Of a DNA stretch of 64,000 nt, positions 10,781-22,715 are shown one piece after another; position 1 is the first letter of the stretch; the number at the start of each line of letters is the position of its first letter. Made by a program: the position numbers and the translations under genes. The notes under the pieces are model-generated. The model made no database searches. It was not told the DNA's origin and worked only from the letters and a program-made list of their open reading frames with translations. The stretch comes from Scyliorhinus canicula (Eukaryota): positions 52,856,823 through 52,920,822 of the forward strand of contig NC_052158.1 of the NCBI RefSeq assembly GCF_902713615.1, in the 5' to 3' direction.

Positions 10781-12330
10781 GATCCTGGCCATGGCCCGCT
10801 TTATGGTGACCAGGCCCCTCCTGGAATATGCCGGGGAATTTCACCAAACCTCCTTCCAGCAAACCTGCTGCCAAACCAACAGCAGGTGCCACTGCCAATC
10901 GCAGCCCAGCAAACTCTGTCCACCGCAGTGTAGCAGGTGCCACTGCCAATCGCAGCCCAGCAAACTCTGTCCACCGCAGTGTAGCAGGTGCCACTGCCAA
11001 TCGCAGCCCAGCAAACTCTGTCCACCGCAGTGTAGCAGGTGCCACTGCCAATCGCAGCCCAGCAAACTCTGTCCACCGCAGTGTAGCAGGTGCCACTGCC
11101 AATCGCAGCCCAGCAAACTCTGTCCACCGCAGTGTAGCAGGTGCCACTGCCAATCGCAGCCCAGCAAACTCTGTCCACCGCAGTGTAGCAGGTGCCACTG
11201 CCAATCGCAGCCCAGCAAACTCTGTCCACCGCAGGGTAGGCTTGCTGTTTGCTGTCTGTATGTGACGGGGCCCATCAATATACCTTCTGACACCAATGGG
11301 CCTCCCCCCGTTTACGTTGCCAACTAGGCACCAGTATCCCTCAACATCAATGTCTGGGGGTCGGACCGAATTCTGTTGAAAGTGCGGCACCTGACCACGG
11401 AGACCGCTGCCCTGGAGACAGCTCCATTTGGATGGAGTGTCCATTTATCTGTCGGGTCATCTGGATGGGGGCAACTCGTCCAGTACAGCTGTTCGTAAGG
11501 GGGCGTCTTCTACCCCCATGTGGTAAGCCCGGACACATAGACTTCAATCGCGCCCAGTCAGGCGACAGACAAATGCAGACAATTGATTGGCCCAGTTGTG
11601 GCGGCTGGATGGTGCCAACCCATAATCACCATCCGGGCCTTCGTTCTCAGGGGAAAGCTCACGGTGGCTTTCGGGGCCTCTGCACCAGTGGCCGGCTTCC
11701 CTGTGGGTCTGCCCCATTGAGGCCCTGCAGGCCGCAGACAAAATGATCCTGCAGAGTCTCATTCAATACAGCACTATACCTGCAGCTTTCCGCTAGTTTC
11801 TCAGTCAGGAAAAAAAATAATCGCTGGTCAATTCGCCCTGGGCCTGGGAGGAGGTATGGAAGTGAAAACGGTGAACAATGCGCCGGGGTTTTGGGTGGTA
11901 ATGATTCCCCACGAGGGCCATCGAAATGTCAAAAGACCAGGTACTGGGCGCAACTAGGTGAGTCAGACTGTTAATTATGCTATAGGTTGGCCTTTCATCC
12001 CCTATAATCGCATTCGTCTGAAAAAAGTATCACATCCGTTCGATGTACTGCTCCCAGTTGTCTGTACCCGCCTCGAATGGTTCCAACTTCCCAATGTGGA
12101 GCATCTCTGCAGGCGGGTTGGAGGCCACCGTGGGCCGAAACCAGATGGTTTGGCTTTGCAGCACCCAGTGCCACCGGCGGCTCCACTTTAACATTGTTGC
12201 CAATGTAATATCTAAGCTGAGAGGGTCTCCCTCCACGACCTGCACCCAGGTTGGTGTTTTCAATACTGTGAGGGCTCCTCACATTAAGGGGGAATCTCAT
12301 CCCAAAGCTGGGGAATTTCATATGCATTGA
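10780..12330 (-). mobile_element. Decayed Gypsy element (LTR-like part, gag start, protease, 3' region) containing a 51-bp minisatellite
   Basis: MLHIGKLEPFEAGTDNWEQYIERM gag start; protease-like segment at 11400-11480; about 7 x 51-bp units at 10882-11233. Confidence 0.65.
10882..11233. repeat. 51-bp tandem repeat, about 7 near-identical copies
   Basis: GCAGGTGCCACTGCCAATCGCAGCCCAGCAAACTCTGTCCACCGCAGTGTA repeated. Confidence 0.95.
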
Positions 12331-12399
12331 AGATCACTGGGAAAACAATAATTCCTCCCCTTTTGGCTCCATGAGCTGGTAAGGTGGATACAGAACTGG

Positions 12400-13088
12400 C
12401 TCGGTCACAGAAAAAAGGGTAAAAGTAGAGGAATGCTTTTTTGAATGGAGGGCTGTGGATGCTAGTGTTCCACAGGGATCAGTGCTGGGAACTTTGGTAT
12501 ATCATAAATAAATGATTTGGAGGAAAATGTAATTGGTTTGATTAGTAAGTTTGTAGATGACACAAAGGTTGGTGGAATTGCGGATAGAGATGAGGACTGT
12601 CAGAGGATGCAGCAGGATATAGTTGGAGACTTGGGTGGAGAGATGGCAGATGGAGTTTACCCTGGATAAATGTGAGATAATGCAGTTTGAAAGATCTAAT
12701 ACAACAAAGAACAAAGAAAATTACAGCACAGTAACAAGCCCTTCGGCCCTCCCAGCCTGCGCCGATCCAGATCCTTTATCTAAACCTGTCTCCTTTTTTC
12801 CAAGGTCTACTTCTCTCTGTTGTCCGCCCATTCATGTATCTGTCTAGATGCCTCTTAAATGATGCTATCGTGTCCGCCTCTACCACCTCCGCTGGCAAAG
12901 CGTTCCAGGCACCCACCACCCTCTGCATAAAAAACTTTCCACGCACATCTCCCTTAAACTTTTCACCTCTCACCTTGAAATCGTGACCCTTTGTAATTGA
13001 CACCCCCACTCTTGGAAAAAGCCTGTTGCTATCCACCTTGTCCATACCCCTCATAATTTTGTAGACCTCAATCAGGTCCCCCCTCAAC
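12400..13088. mobile_element. Two CR1 fragments: + strand 12400-12700 and - strand 3' end 12705-13088
   Basis: SVPQGSVLG and KFVDDTK on +; RLRGDLIEVYKIMRG...FFMQRVVGAWNALP on -. Confidence 0.85.
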
Positions 13089-13089
13089 C

Positions 13090-13441
13090 GCACGGTAGCA
13101 CGGTATCATTGTGGATAGCACAATCGCTTCACAGCTCCAGGGTCCCAGGTTCGATTCTGGCTTGGGTCACTGTCTGTGCGGAGTCTGCACATCCTCCCTG
13201 TGTGTGCGTGGGTTTCCTCCGGGTGCTCCGGTTTCCTCCCACAGTCCAAAGATGTGCAGGTTAGGTGGATTGGCCATGATAAATTGCCCTTAGTGTCCAA
13301 AATTGCCCTTAGTGTTTGGTGGGGTTACTGGGTTATGGGGATAGGATGGAGGTGTTGACCTTGGGTAGGATGTTCTTTCCAAGAGCCGGTGCAGACTCGA
13401 TGGGCCGAATGGCCTCCTTCTGCACTGTAAAATCTACTATG
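13090..13441 (+). mobile_element. tRNA-derived V-SINE (HE1-like), full length
   Basis: A/B-box head (gcacggtagc...ggttcgattc), V-domain, and CR1-like 3' tail gatgggccgaatggcctccttctgcactg. Confidence 0.9.
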
Positions 13442-13984
13442 AAAACCTCTGTCTTTCCAACAGAAGGTAGTAAAGAAGGTATACGGCATGCTTACCTTCA
13501 TCGGCTGGGGCATTGTGTATAAAAATGGCAAGTCATGTTGCAGCTGTATAGAACCTTAGGCCACACTTGGAACATAGTGTTCAGTTCTGGTTAGCACACT
13601 ACCAGAAGGCTTTGGAGATGGTGCAGAATTTCTTTCTAGGATGTTGCCTGGTATGGAGGGCTTTAACTATGAGGAGAGGTTGGATAAACTAGATTTGTTC
13701 TCACGCGAACGACCCAGGTTGAGCGGTGACCTGCTAGAAGTCTACAAAATTATGAGTGGCATGGACAGAGTGGATAGTCAGAAGCTTTTTCCCAGAATGG
13801 AGGAGTCAATAACTTCTGTACCTCTCCCAAGCTTTTGGAATTTTCTGTTCTTCAGCTTGTGGCCTGCTCTCTATCGTCTTCTTTCATATCCTGCGAGTCT
13901 TAACCTGCTCCCTGCACCTGAGGGCATTTAGCACCAACTGAACCTCAAACTGTTTTCTGTTCTCCTGTAGCCTCTCTGTTACTA

Positions 13985-14301
13985 GGCAGCACGGTAGCAT
14001 TGTGGATAGCACAAATGCTTAACAGCTCCAGGGTCCCAGGTTCGATTCCGGCTTGGGTCACTGTCTGTGCGGAGTCTGCACATCCTCCCCTTGTGTGCGT
14101 GGGTTTCCTCCGGGTGCTCCGGTTTCCTCCCACAGTCCAAAGATGTGCAGGTTAGGTGGATTGGCCATGATAAATTGCCCATAGTGTCCAAAGCTGTCCT
14201 TAGTGTTGGGTGGGGCTACAGGGTGGAGGTGTGGGCTTGATGCAAGAGCCGGTGCAGACTCGATGGGCCCAATGGCCTCCTTCTGCACTGTAAATTCTAT
14301 G
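13985..14301 (+). mobile_element. V-SINE (HE1-like)
   Basis: Same head, V-domain and tail as 13090-13441. Confidence 0.9.
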
Positions 14302-14614
14302 AAAAAAAACACTCAGTTTTTTAATAATCAGCTCAGTTTTTTAATAATCTGTTTTAGAGTCATAAAACCTCATTTAAATGCAGACTTCTTTTAATATGAA
14401 ACAAATCTCCAGTTTACTTAACACACACTGCAGAAATGTTAATTAAGCTGAAACTTGCAAACGACACTTTATTCCTAACATGCACAAATCCAAGTACAAT
14501 TTTCCCAACTATCTTTATTTCCAAACAATGCTTAAATAATTTCGAACCGCAGATAGTACCGGAAACCACAGTTAGCAAAGCAAACATAAAAGCAATTAAA
14601 ATTGTTATGAAGAT

Positions 14615-14935
14615 TAGAATAATAATAATGATAATCTTTATTAGTGTCACAAGTTGGCTTACATTAACACTGCAATGTAGTTACTGTGAAAATCCCAGAG
14701 TCACCACATTCCGGCGCCTGTTCGGGTACACGGAGAAGAATTCAGAATGTCCAATTCACCTAACAACATGTCTTTCGGGACTTGTGGGAGGAAACTGAAG
14801 CACCCGGAGGAAACTCATGCAGACACGCGGAGAAGGTGCAGACTCCGCACAGACAGTGACCTAATTCGGGAATCAAACCTGGGACCCTGACACTGTGAAG
14901 CAACAATGCTACCCACTGTGCTACCGTGCTGCCCT
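14615..14935 (-). mobile_element. V-SINE variant
   Basis: Reverse-complement V-domain cacccggaggaaactc and tRNA head; (AAT)n tail at 14615. Confidence 0.8.
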
Positions 14936-15769
14936 GTAATCCACCTAGCAGACTGTGGCCCTACTGGACCTCAAGGAACGTTCCTTCCTCTGCTGATGTG
15001 ACAGATGGTGCGAACATGTTTCTGTCTCCTCACTAATCCTCCCGGATCCACGTCAATTGTCGTTTCCTTTAACTGGCAAAGTTAATCCCGGCTGTTCCAG
15101 GGGAATCAGGGAAGGCCACACTTCCCAACACAGTCACGGGTATCCACCTCCCCTTCACTGACTGGAGAATCTACTCAGTGTCCAGATCTGAGTACCACAC
15201 TGGATATGAAGATATTCGAGAGAGTGCAGGATTCACGGGAGTACTACGGGGATGAGAAACCAGTGACATGGATAAACTGGAAAGGTTGGGGCTGTTCTCC
15301 ATGGAGAAGTCAAAGGTGGAAAGCAGATTTGATGGGGTTTTCAATACCATCATGGACAGGGTAGATTGGGAGAAACTATTCCCATTGGTGGAAGGATAGG
15401 GACCAGATAGAAGGTGAATAATTTAAGGTAGCTCTTCCAAAGTTGCCATTATCCCATTAAAAGATCTGACTTTAATTCTTGGCTCCTGCCTGTTATTACC
15501 ATTTATTCCCTATATCCTGTCCAATGAGCTTTCCCCATGTCCATTCATGTACACATTCAGCCTGCTGTTCCGGCTCTGATCCCATAAATCTATTCCTGCT
15601 TTTTCCTTTTGTTATAATCCTCATGGGAGGTCAAGGGAAAAGGACCATCCGGTTTCGCCTGAGCTCCACGAAATATGAACTTCCCAGGTAATGCAGAGGG
15701 GCTTCCTGTTTAACGAGGAGTGCCTTCATTTTTATACAAACCTCGGCCTTAGTGCAGGTTTTCCAGGAT

Positions 15770-16700
15770 AATCTGGGCACCATAAGAAAGGGTTTGTGGC
15801 CCACATTCCCTTGGCTCTGCCATATTATTTCTATATGGCCCCATATGTTTGCGGCCTAAAGTGGGCGCTGAGTTAGACCAACTAGAAAGTCTGATCATAC
15901 ATCCTGTCCAGTTCTCTGACTGGGCGCCGCCGGTCATACCCGTGATGAAGCCTGATGGCTCCGTGTGGCGATTACAAGATGACGGTGAACCGTGTCACTT
16001 GACTGGACCCTGAAATAGAAGACTTGTACGCAAAGCTCAGTGGCAGCCGCACATTTACCAAGCTAGGCACGAGCCACTCGTACACTCCAGGTGATCCTGG
16101 CCCCCAGCTCCCGCACTTGTGACCATAAACACGCTTTGGGGGCTCGTTGAATATACCCGGTTGCCATTTGGGGATTCCTCAGCATGCGCCATTTTCCAGA
16201 GGGTAATGAAAAACATCCTGGGGGAGCTGCTGCATGTGGCGGTATATCGGGTTGACGTCTTAATTATGGGCTCATCTGACCGACAGTTGCACAACTTGGC
16301 CAAGATACTCCGGTGCTTCGAGGAGGTTGCCGTTCGCCTCCAATAGGAAAAAATGTGTTCTCAACACAGCCGGAGTCACATATCTGGGATACTTCATCAG
16401 CCATGGGTTACCTCCCATCGAAGGGAACGTACGGGCAATTCAACAGGCACCCGCACCCACCCGGACCGATGGATGCTTATTTTCAGGCCTGCTGAACTAT
16501 TGCGGGAAGTTCATCCCGCGCCTGGCCATGCCTTAGTGCCTCTCCACAGTCTGTTGAAGAAGGGTCAACCATGGGAATAGGTCCAAGTGCAGAAAATGGC
16601 TTTTGCCACAGTGAAACATCAGCTGTCATCCAAAAACTGCTGGCCCATTTCGACCCTTCAAAACAGCTCTCACTGACGTGCGACGCCTCCCTTAATGGAG
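15770..16700 (+). pseudogene. Gypsy RT/RNase H pseudogene fragment
   Basis: QFSDWAPPVIPVMKPDG, TINTLWGLVEYTRLPFGDSSACAIFQRVM and LTCDAS motifs, frameshifted. Confidence 0.85.
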
Positions 16701-17089
16701 TTGGTGTCACCCTTGGATTGGATTTGACTGGATTTGTTTATTGTCACGTGTACCGAGGTACAGTGAAAAGTATTTTTCTGCAAGCAGCTCAAAAGATCAT
16801 TAAGTATATGGGATGAAAAGGGAATAAAAGGAAATACATAATAGGGCAACACAAGGTATACAATGTAACTACATAAGCACCGGTATCGGATGAAGCATTC
16901 AGGGTTCGTTCGCTCTGGGCTTCCTCGCGAGGACTCTGGGCGCTCTGTCAAATTCCAGGGGCCGAGGGAACGCCCTAGCCCCCATCAACTTCTCCAACAT
17001 GTCAGTCACATATACCCTCGCATACAATCCCCCACTGCCTTCAGGGAGGCCTTTGCCTTCAGCAAATGTAAGGGAGCTGTAGACGCTTC

Positions 17090-19780
17090 TTTCCGAATTA
17101 TTAGGTCTCCTACACTCAATTGGATGTAAAGTTAACCCGGAAAAGGCCCAAATCCGAAAAGAAAAGGTCTTTTATTTGGGCACCGTCATCAAACACAGAA
17201 AAAGAGAGATTGAGCAAAAAACGGATTGATTCGATTATTAAATTGCCCTTGCCCCATAATGCACTGCACTCCGGTCATTTTTAGGACTGGTTGGTTACTG
17301 TAGGAACCATATAGACGGTTTTGCCACCAAGGCAGCCCCACTTTCTGAGGTCCGTAAAAAGGACGCCCTTTGGGAATGGCTTCCACAGCATACGGATGCC
17401 ATTGATGCATTAAAACGCGCCCTCGGTACAGTCCCCGCTTTGGAGGGACCAGACCCACACGCCCCATACGCCATAGAAGTAGAGACCACCAACCGAACCC
17501 TATCGGCCGTACTACTCCAAGAAAGGCACAATCGTTTAGGATCCGGAGCCAATGCCTCCCGAGTTATGGACCCAGTCGAGCAAGGATTTTCAGCCTGCGA
17601 AAGGCTGTTTTTTGGGCTGTTCAGTACTTCGCGTACATCACAGACCTCAACCCCGTAACAATTTTAACCGAGCACACCCCCATACTGTTAGACGGTAGGT
17701 TAAAGGACGGTTCAGTTAGCCAGATTAGAGCAGTGCGCTGGACCCTACTCTTACAAGGAAGGGACATCACGGTAAAAAGGACAAAGACACACACATTTTA
17801 GCAGATAGCTTGCAGTATGAAGGAACCCCACATGAGTGTCACATCATTGCAGCCAGGCAGCACACAGGACCCTTTATTCCAAAATCCCTACACCCACGTG
17901 TAGGTAGTAAAGCACAGAATCCACCGACCACGGATAACTCTTCAAAAATTTATGTAGATGGTTCCTCCACCATTGATAATGGAAAAAGGATAACAGGATG
18001 CGGTATTTATGTGGAAGACGCGCAGGGACGCGCGCTAGAGGAGATATCGCTAAAATTACCAGGTCACTTAGGATCGCAGGCAGCCAAATTAGCAGCAATA
18101 GCAGATATAGTGCAGCACCCGGATTCCTTCCCGACCCCCACAGATATAGGGCCGAATTCTCCGACCCCCCACAGGGTCACAGAATCGCCCGGGGCTGGCG
18201 TAAATCCCGCCCCTGCCGTGGCCGAAATTCTCCGCCACCCGGGAATTGGGCGGGGGGCGGGAATTGCGCTCTGCCGGTCGGCGGGCCCCCGCGGCGATTC
18301 TCCGGCCCGCGATGGGCCGAAGTCCCGTCGCTGTCAGGCCTCTCCCGTTGACGTGGTTTAAACCACCTCTGGGAGCAGGCGGCGGGAGTGGGCCCCGGGG
18401 TCCTGGGGGGGACACGGGGCGATCAGACCCCGGGGGATGCCCCCACGGTGGCCTGGCCCGCGATCGGGGCCCACCGATCGGCGGGCGGGCCTGTGCCGTG
18501 GGGGCACTCTTTTTCTTCTGCCGCCACCACGGCCTCCACCATGGCGTAGGCAGAAGAGACCCCCTCCACCACGCATGCGTCGGTGGTGATGTCAGTGGCT
18601 GCTGACGCCCTGGCGCATGCGTGGACTCACGCCGAACGGCGAAGGCCTTTCTGCCAGCCCTGACGCCAGGTTGCGTGGCGCCAAAGGCCGTTGGCGCCAG
18701 TCGGCGGAGCGGGGGCCACTCCGGCGCGGGCCTAGCCCCTAAGGGAGGCCCGACACCAGAGTGGTTGGTGCCATTCCGCTATGCCGGGACCCCCCGCCCC
18801 GCCAGGTAGGGGAGAGTTTCGCCCATATATTCAGACAGTTTATATGTCTGTAACAGTTTGATGGAATTCCTGCCCCTGTGGGAATCTAGAGGATTCATAT
18901 CCGCCGACGGTAAACCCCTACCCACAGCGCCATTACTGAAGCCCATTCTTGAAACAGCGAAAGACCTCAAATGTGGCATAATAAGTTAAAAGTCATCCTC
19001 GTTTGTCCCCACCTGGTAACATAAAAGCAGACGCCCTAGCAAAGGCAGGATCACGACACGGTCACTTTTGGAAAGCCCCCGAGAGTGCCCCAGTACACAC
19101 AGTCCCAGTCTCACAGGCGAATGTCCAAGGTTTAACACAGGCCCAAAAGGCAGACGATACTCTTCAGCAAATTTTAAATGGTAACTTCGCAGCCCCATAC
19201 GACAAATTCAAGGACACACTGACGGTACAGGACGGAATAATTTGAAAGAATGGAATTTATTTGGTCCCCACCCAGGACAAGAACCAGATTATTTGTCAAT
19301 TTCATGACGAACATGGACATCAGGGGATAGAAACCACCATTGCCCACTTAAGACCTTTGTGCTGGTGGCCCGATTTAAAAGCAGACGTCACGCATTATAT
19401 GGAATATTGTTTAATTTGCACTCAAAATAATCCAGAAAGATACTCTATAGAAAGGTCAGTTAAGACACATCCGCCCTGTTAATGGCCTGGACAAATTTAC
19501 AGCTAGATTATATTGGTTCCCCCCCCCCCCCCTCCCCACCCTGCAGAAATGGTTTCAAATATGTGTTGGTAGTAGTCGACACCTTCACAAAATGGGTGGA
19601 AGCATTTCCCGCCAGGACAAACACAGCTAAGGCAACAGCGAAGATTTTAACACAGCAAATATTTACACCCCCCGCAGCATTGAATCGGACCAAGGTTCGC
19701 ATTTTACAGGAAGAGTGATGCAGAACGTTTTGACGATGTTTGGGATAAAACCAAAATTCCATATTGCCTATCACCCACAA
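17090..19780 (+). pseudogene. Retrovirus-like pol remnant: RT thumb - tether - RNase H - integrase
   Basis: GCKVNPEKAQI...FYLG; LRSFLGLVGYCRNHI; degenerate RH tether (YAIEVETTNRTLSAVLLQ...ASRVM); RNase H IYVDGS/GCGIYV/SQAAKLAA/YSDS/GNIKADALAK; IN FHDEHGHQ..CLIC, QLDYIG, VVDTFTKWVEAFP, ESDQG, YHPQSSG. Several frameshifts and a MITE insertion. Confidence 0.85.
18149..18824. mobile_element. GC-rich MITE (Harbinger-like) inserted in the RNase H coding region
   Basis: TIRs GGGCCGAATTCTCC / GGAGAGTTTCGCCC; 3-bp ATA duplication at 18146-18148 and 18825-18827. Removing it restores TDIYSDS. Confidence 0.85.
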
Positions 19781-20724
19781 TCCAGCGGCCCGCCTACTGA
19801 CAACCTAGTCTGACCTTCCCCCAGCCAGGACAGCACGTCCACAGACCCGACCTTGTCTCTGCCCCCAGGAACGACTTTCCACCTTAAACTTGATTTGGAC
19901 GCTAGCGACAGCACTCCAAACTTATAGCCACCCATGCCCCAGTCGCTTCAGCCCCAGGAACCCCGACCAAGGTATGTTTCGTCCCTCATACCCCCTTTCA
20001 TTGCCACAGCCAGAGCCACCGCCACCGCCCGACGATAGAAATTTGCCCTTTGCAGCTACCGCCCCTCATGACCAAAGAATTCCCCATTGGCACCACGATA
20101 ACTCTAGTCGATTAAAACAAAACGATGATTCGGATCCCACAACGCGCACGCGGCCACAGCACGAAAACGGCAGACATGAGTTTGGCAACCGGGTGATGGT
20201 GATGACTCAGAGTCTGACTCCCATTATGGTAACCCTTTCACGACGCTTTTTGAAATGGAACCCTGAGGTGTCCAGATGATGAGAAAAAGGAACTGATTGA
20301 GATTTACGGTGTCCTATTTTCTGATGGAGCCTCCCCGAATTTATTTCTGGAATTTCTTGATACACTTTATTCTTCCGGTCTCGGATGTTTAATTAATGTC
20401 ACCCATCCACTAAATTTCTTGATGCAGTCATGATTACTCGTTTGCACATTGTCGGAGTCCATATGTTACAAATTGTTTCCGCTCGTGTAAGGACACCCAG
20501 GCAGTGGAGTAACGACACTAATCCCCGCCCTGCCTGAGGACCCCCATGTATTCGGTCAGCCAAGCTCGAGTAGTTGAGCAACGGCACTGATCATCGCCCG
20601 ACACGGGGATTCCACCCATTCTTCCCCTGGTAGTAGTCTCATACACACCTCATGTTCCCATCACTGATTTGGAAAAGTTTTTTTTTAAAGTCTTTGTTTC
20701 CCCTGATCTGTTCTTTTTTGTGTT

Positions 20725-21493
20725 ATGGTTGAAAGAATGCTCTTTGCCACAGCCTCTGCCCACAGCTCTTTACTTTCAGCGACTCTTTGGTCGCTACCCT
20801 ACCTGCTATTCACATGTTTGACCCCCTTGGTTGTAACAAAAGTTGCTGCTATACACAAACTACCTTTACACAGGACAGATAAATTGTCCACCCACTCAAT
20901 GCATCGACCACACGCTGCGAGATGGCTTGCACTTTAACAGAATGTTTTTTTTTTGGATGTCTTATCTCCAAAATGGTCATTTCAAAAAAAATGAGGGAGT
21001 TACCAATAGTGACAATTTTACTGGGAAATTAGGGAGAGAAAGACAGACAAACGCAATATTAAACAAAGGTAATAAAGATATAATGCTTGCACCTCCAAGA
21101 ATGTACGAGGATACAAGGCACAAAAGACAAGAAGGTGAATACAGAACTGATGACCTCCATTATGATCATTGTTGGATCACTACAGTTGCGCCGTCAACAG
21201 CCCCTGTAACCCACACCACACTGGCCGCAAACACAACCATACCACACGATACCCCGAGCCCAGACACTACACCTCACATGGAAATGAACACTGATACGCC
21301 CACATGGTGCAAAAACATTGTAAAATGGTATCCCCTCTCGGACATGGTAAACGCCCTATTGGTAACTGCAATACTCTGCAGTGTCTTTCAGACACTTAGA
21401 CTTCGAAAATGGCGAAGGAGAGCCTCCCGCTCCCCGATATATACACTCCGAGCCCCTTTTCTTGGAATTCAACAGACCCCACAAACATTTTGA
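20725..21493 (+). pseudogene. env-like / type I membrane glycoprotein ORF of the retrovirus-like element, frameshifted near 20840
   Basis: Hydrophobic N-terminus (20725 frame); NFT and NTT sequons; RHKR furin-type site; Thr/Pro-rich stalk; TM MVNALLVTAILCSVFQTL; basic stop-transfer RLRKWRRR. Confidence 0.55.
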
Positions 21494-21721
21494 ACCCCTT
21501 TCCCTGATGAATAAAGTTTTTGTTTTCTGTAAATTTAAGGAGTTAAGTAGAATTGTATTGCTACTGTTGTTTAAAATTTTTGTATTGTAATATAAGTTCC
21601 CTTTTTGTTATTTGACATCAGCATGAGTGTAGTTTAGGTAATGACAGTTAGAGGTTCCCCTTGTGTAAAGAAGTTACGTGAATGATGAAATGTTATAGTG
21701 CCCCCAAAGAATTTATAAATG

Positions 21722-22705
21722 TGTGATATATTGGAAATAAAAACTTAGGTAAGTGCTCCAATACAGAGGACAGAGTAGTATAGAACCTGTCCTTGACCCA
21801 GGGTAACCGGCACACCAAAGAACAGATGAAGGATCAGTATTATGATCCACCACGATTCGAGTTTATGACCAAGAGGATGGACTGTAGCCATCTGGGATTG
21901 CCACTTACAAAGGAAACATGGATACTCGCAAAGACTTAAGGGAAATATGGTCAATACAGGATTCAGGCAAATTCAGAGCCTAAATGTATATTTGCTAACA
22001 GAGAACCAGACAGTATCGAAACCCCTAGCCGATTTGCATTCTAATGGCACATTTCCCCAGGACAAAGGACTGGTAACTCAGGTATCAGATACAATTCCAG
22101 ACACATCGGCGTCACTCCCTTCACCCAGGAAGCCCAAACAGCCAAGGTCAATAACCGCTCAGGACACGCCCAGCCACCAAGGCCCCTGCCCCTTTATTGG
22201 CTCAAATCAAAGGCAGTAATCGAAGCCTGCCGAATTATTGGGTCCAAAGTGAAGGACCACCAAAAAGAGCGCGAAACCCCAAAGGATAAAGAGAGAGACT
22301 GACATGTGTTCGATCTCTTTTGGCCCTGGCACACCGGCACTCTTCGGCCCGACGTATACCTGAAGCCAACAACCAGAAGCAAGTTCAAGATCAACGATTG
22401 CTACCAGACGGATGAGCCCAGCAGAACCGAAGTTATTTCCCCAGACCCAGCCACTCCAGATCCGAACAAAGGCCTTGTTCCTCTGCCAAAGCCGGGTGCC
22501 CGAAGTTAAGTACAGGTTGTTATAGTGTTAGGTATAATTTAGCTTGTAGTGTTTTTATGTTGCATGTGTGAGTTGATTTTGTGTGTAAATAAACTATTAT
22601 TGAACTTGAACTAACTAACTGGTTGTTGGGTCTTTGATCAATATCCAGTTGAACCTTGTGGTGGTATCATTTGATGCCTGGCGATTCTGAAAGCAATATC
22701 CTTAC
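21722..22705 (+). mobile_element. Probable 3' LTR of the retrovirus-like element
   Basis: Begins TGTGATATA after an AT-rich 3' UTR; AATAAA near 22588 followed by a U5-like tract. No partner LTR or clear PPT seen. Confidence 0.45.
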
Positions 22706-22715
22706 TAATATCTGA

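Noticed and set aside
13090-13170. tRNA genes
   Set aside because: A/B boxes belong to SINE heads; no complete cloverleaf or terminator.
14414-14650. Hydrophobic multi-TM-looking ORF
   Set aside because: Begins in an (ATT)n SINE tail and AT-rich DNA; no splice signals or family motifs.
15621-15691. MGGQGKRTIRFRLSSTKYELP with cag|gtaatg donor
   Set aside because: Short, no promoter, partner exon or homology seen; a chance donor is plausible.
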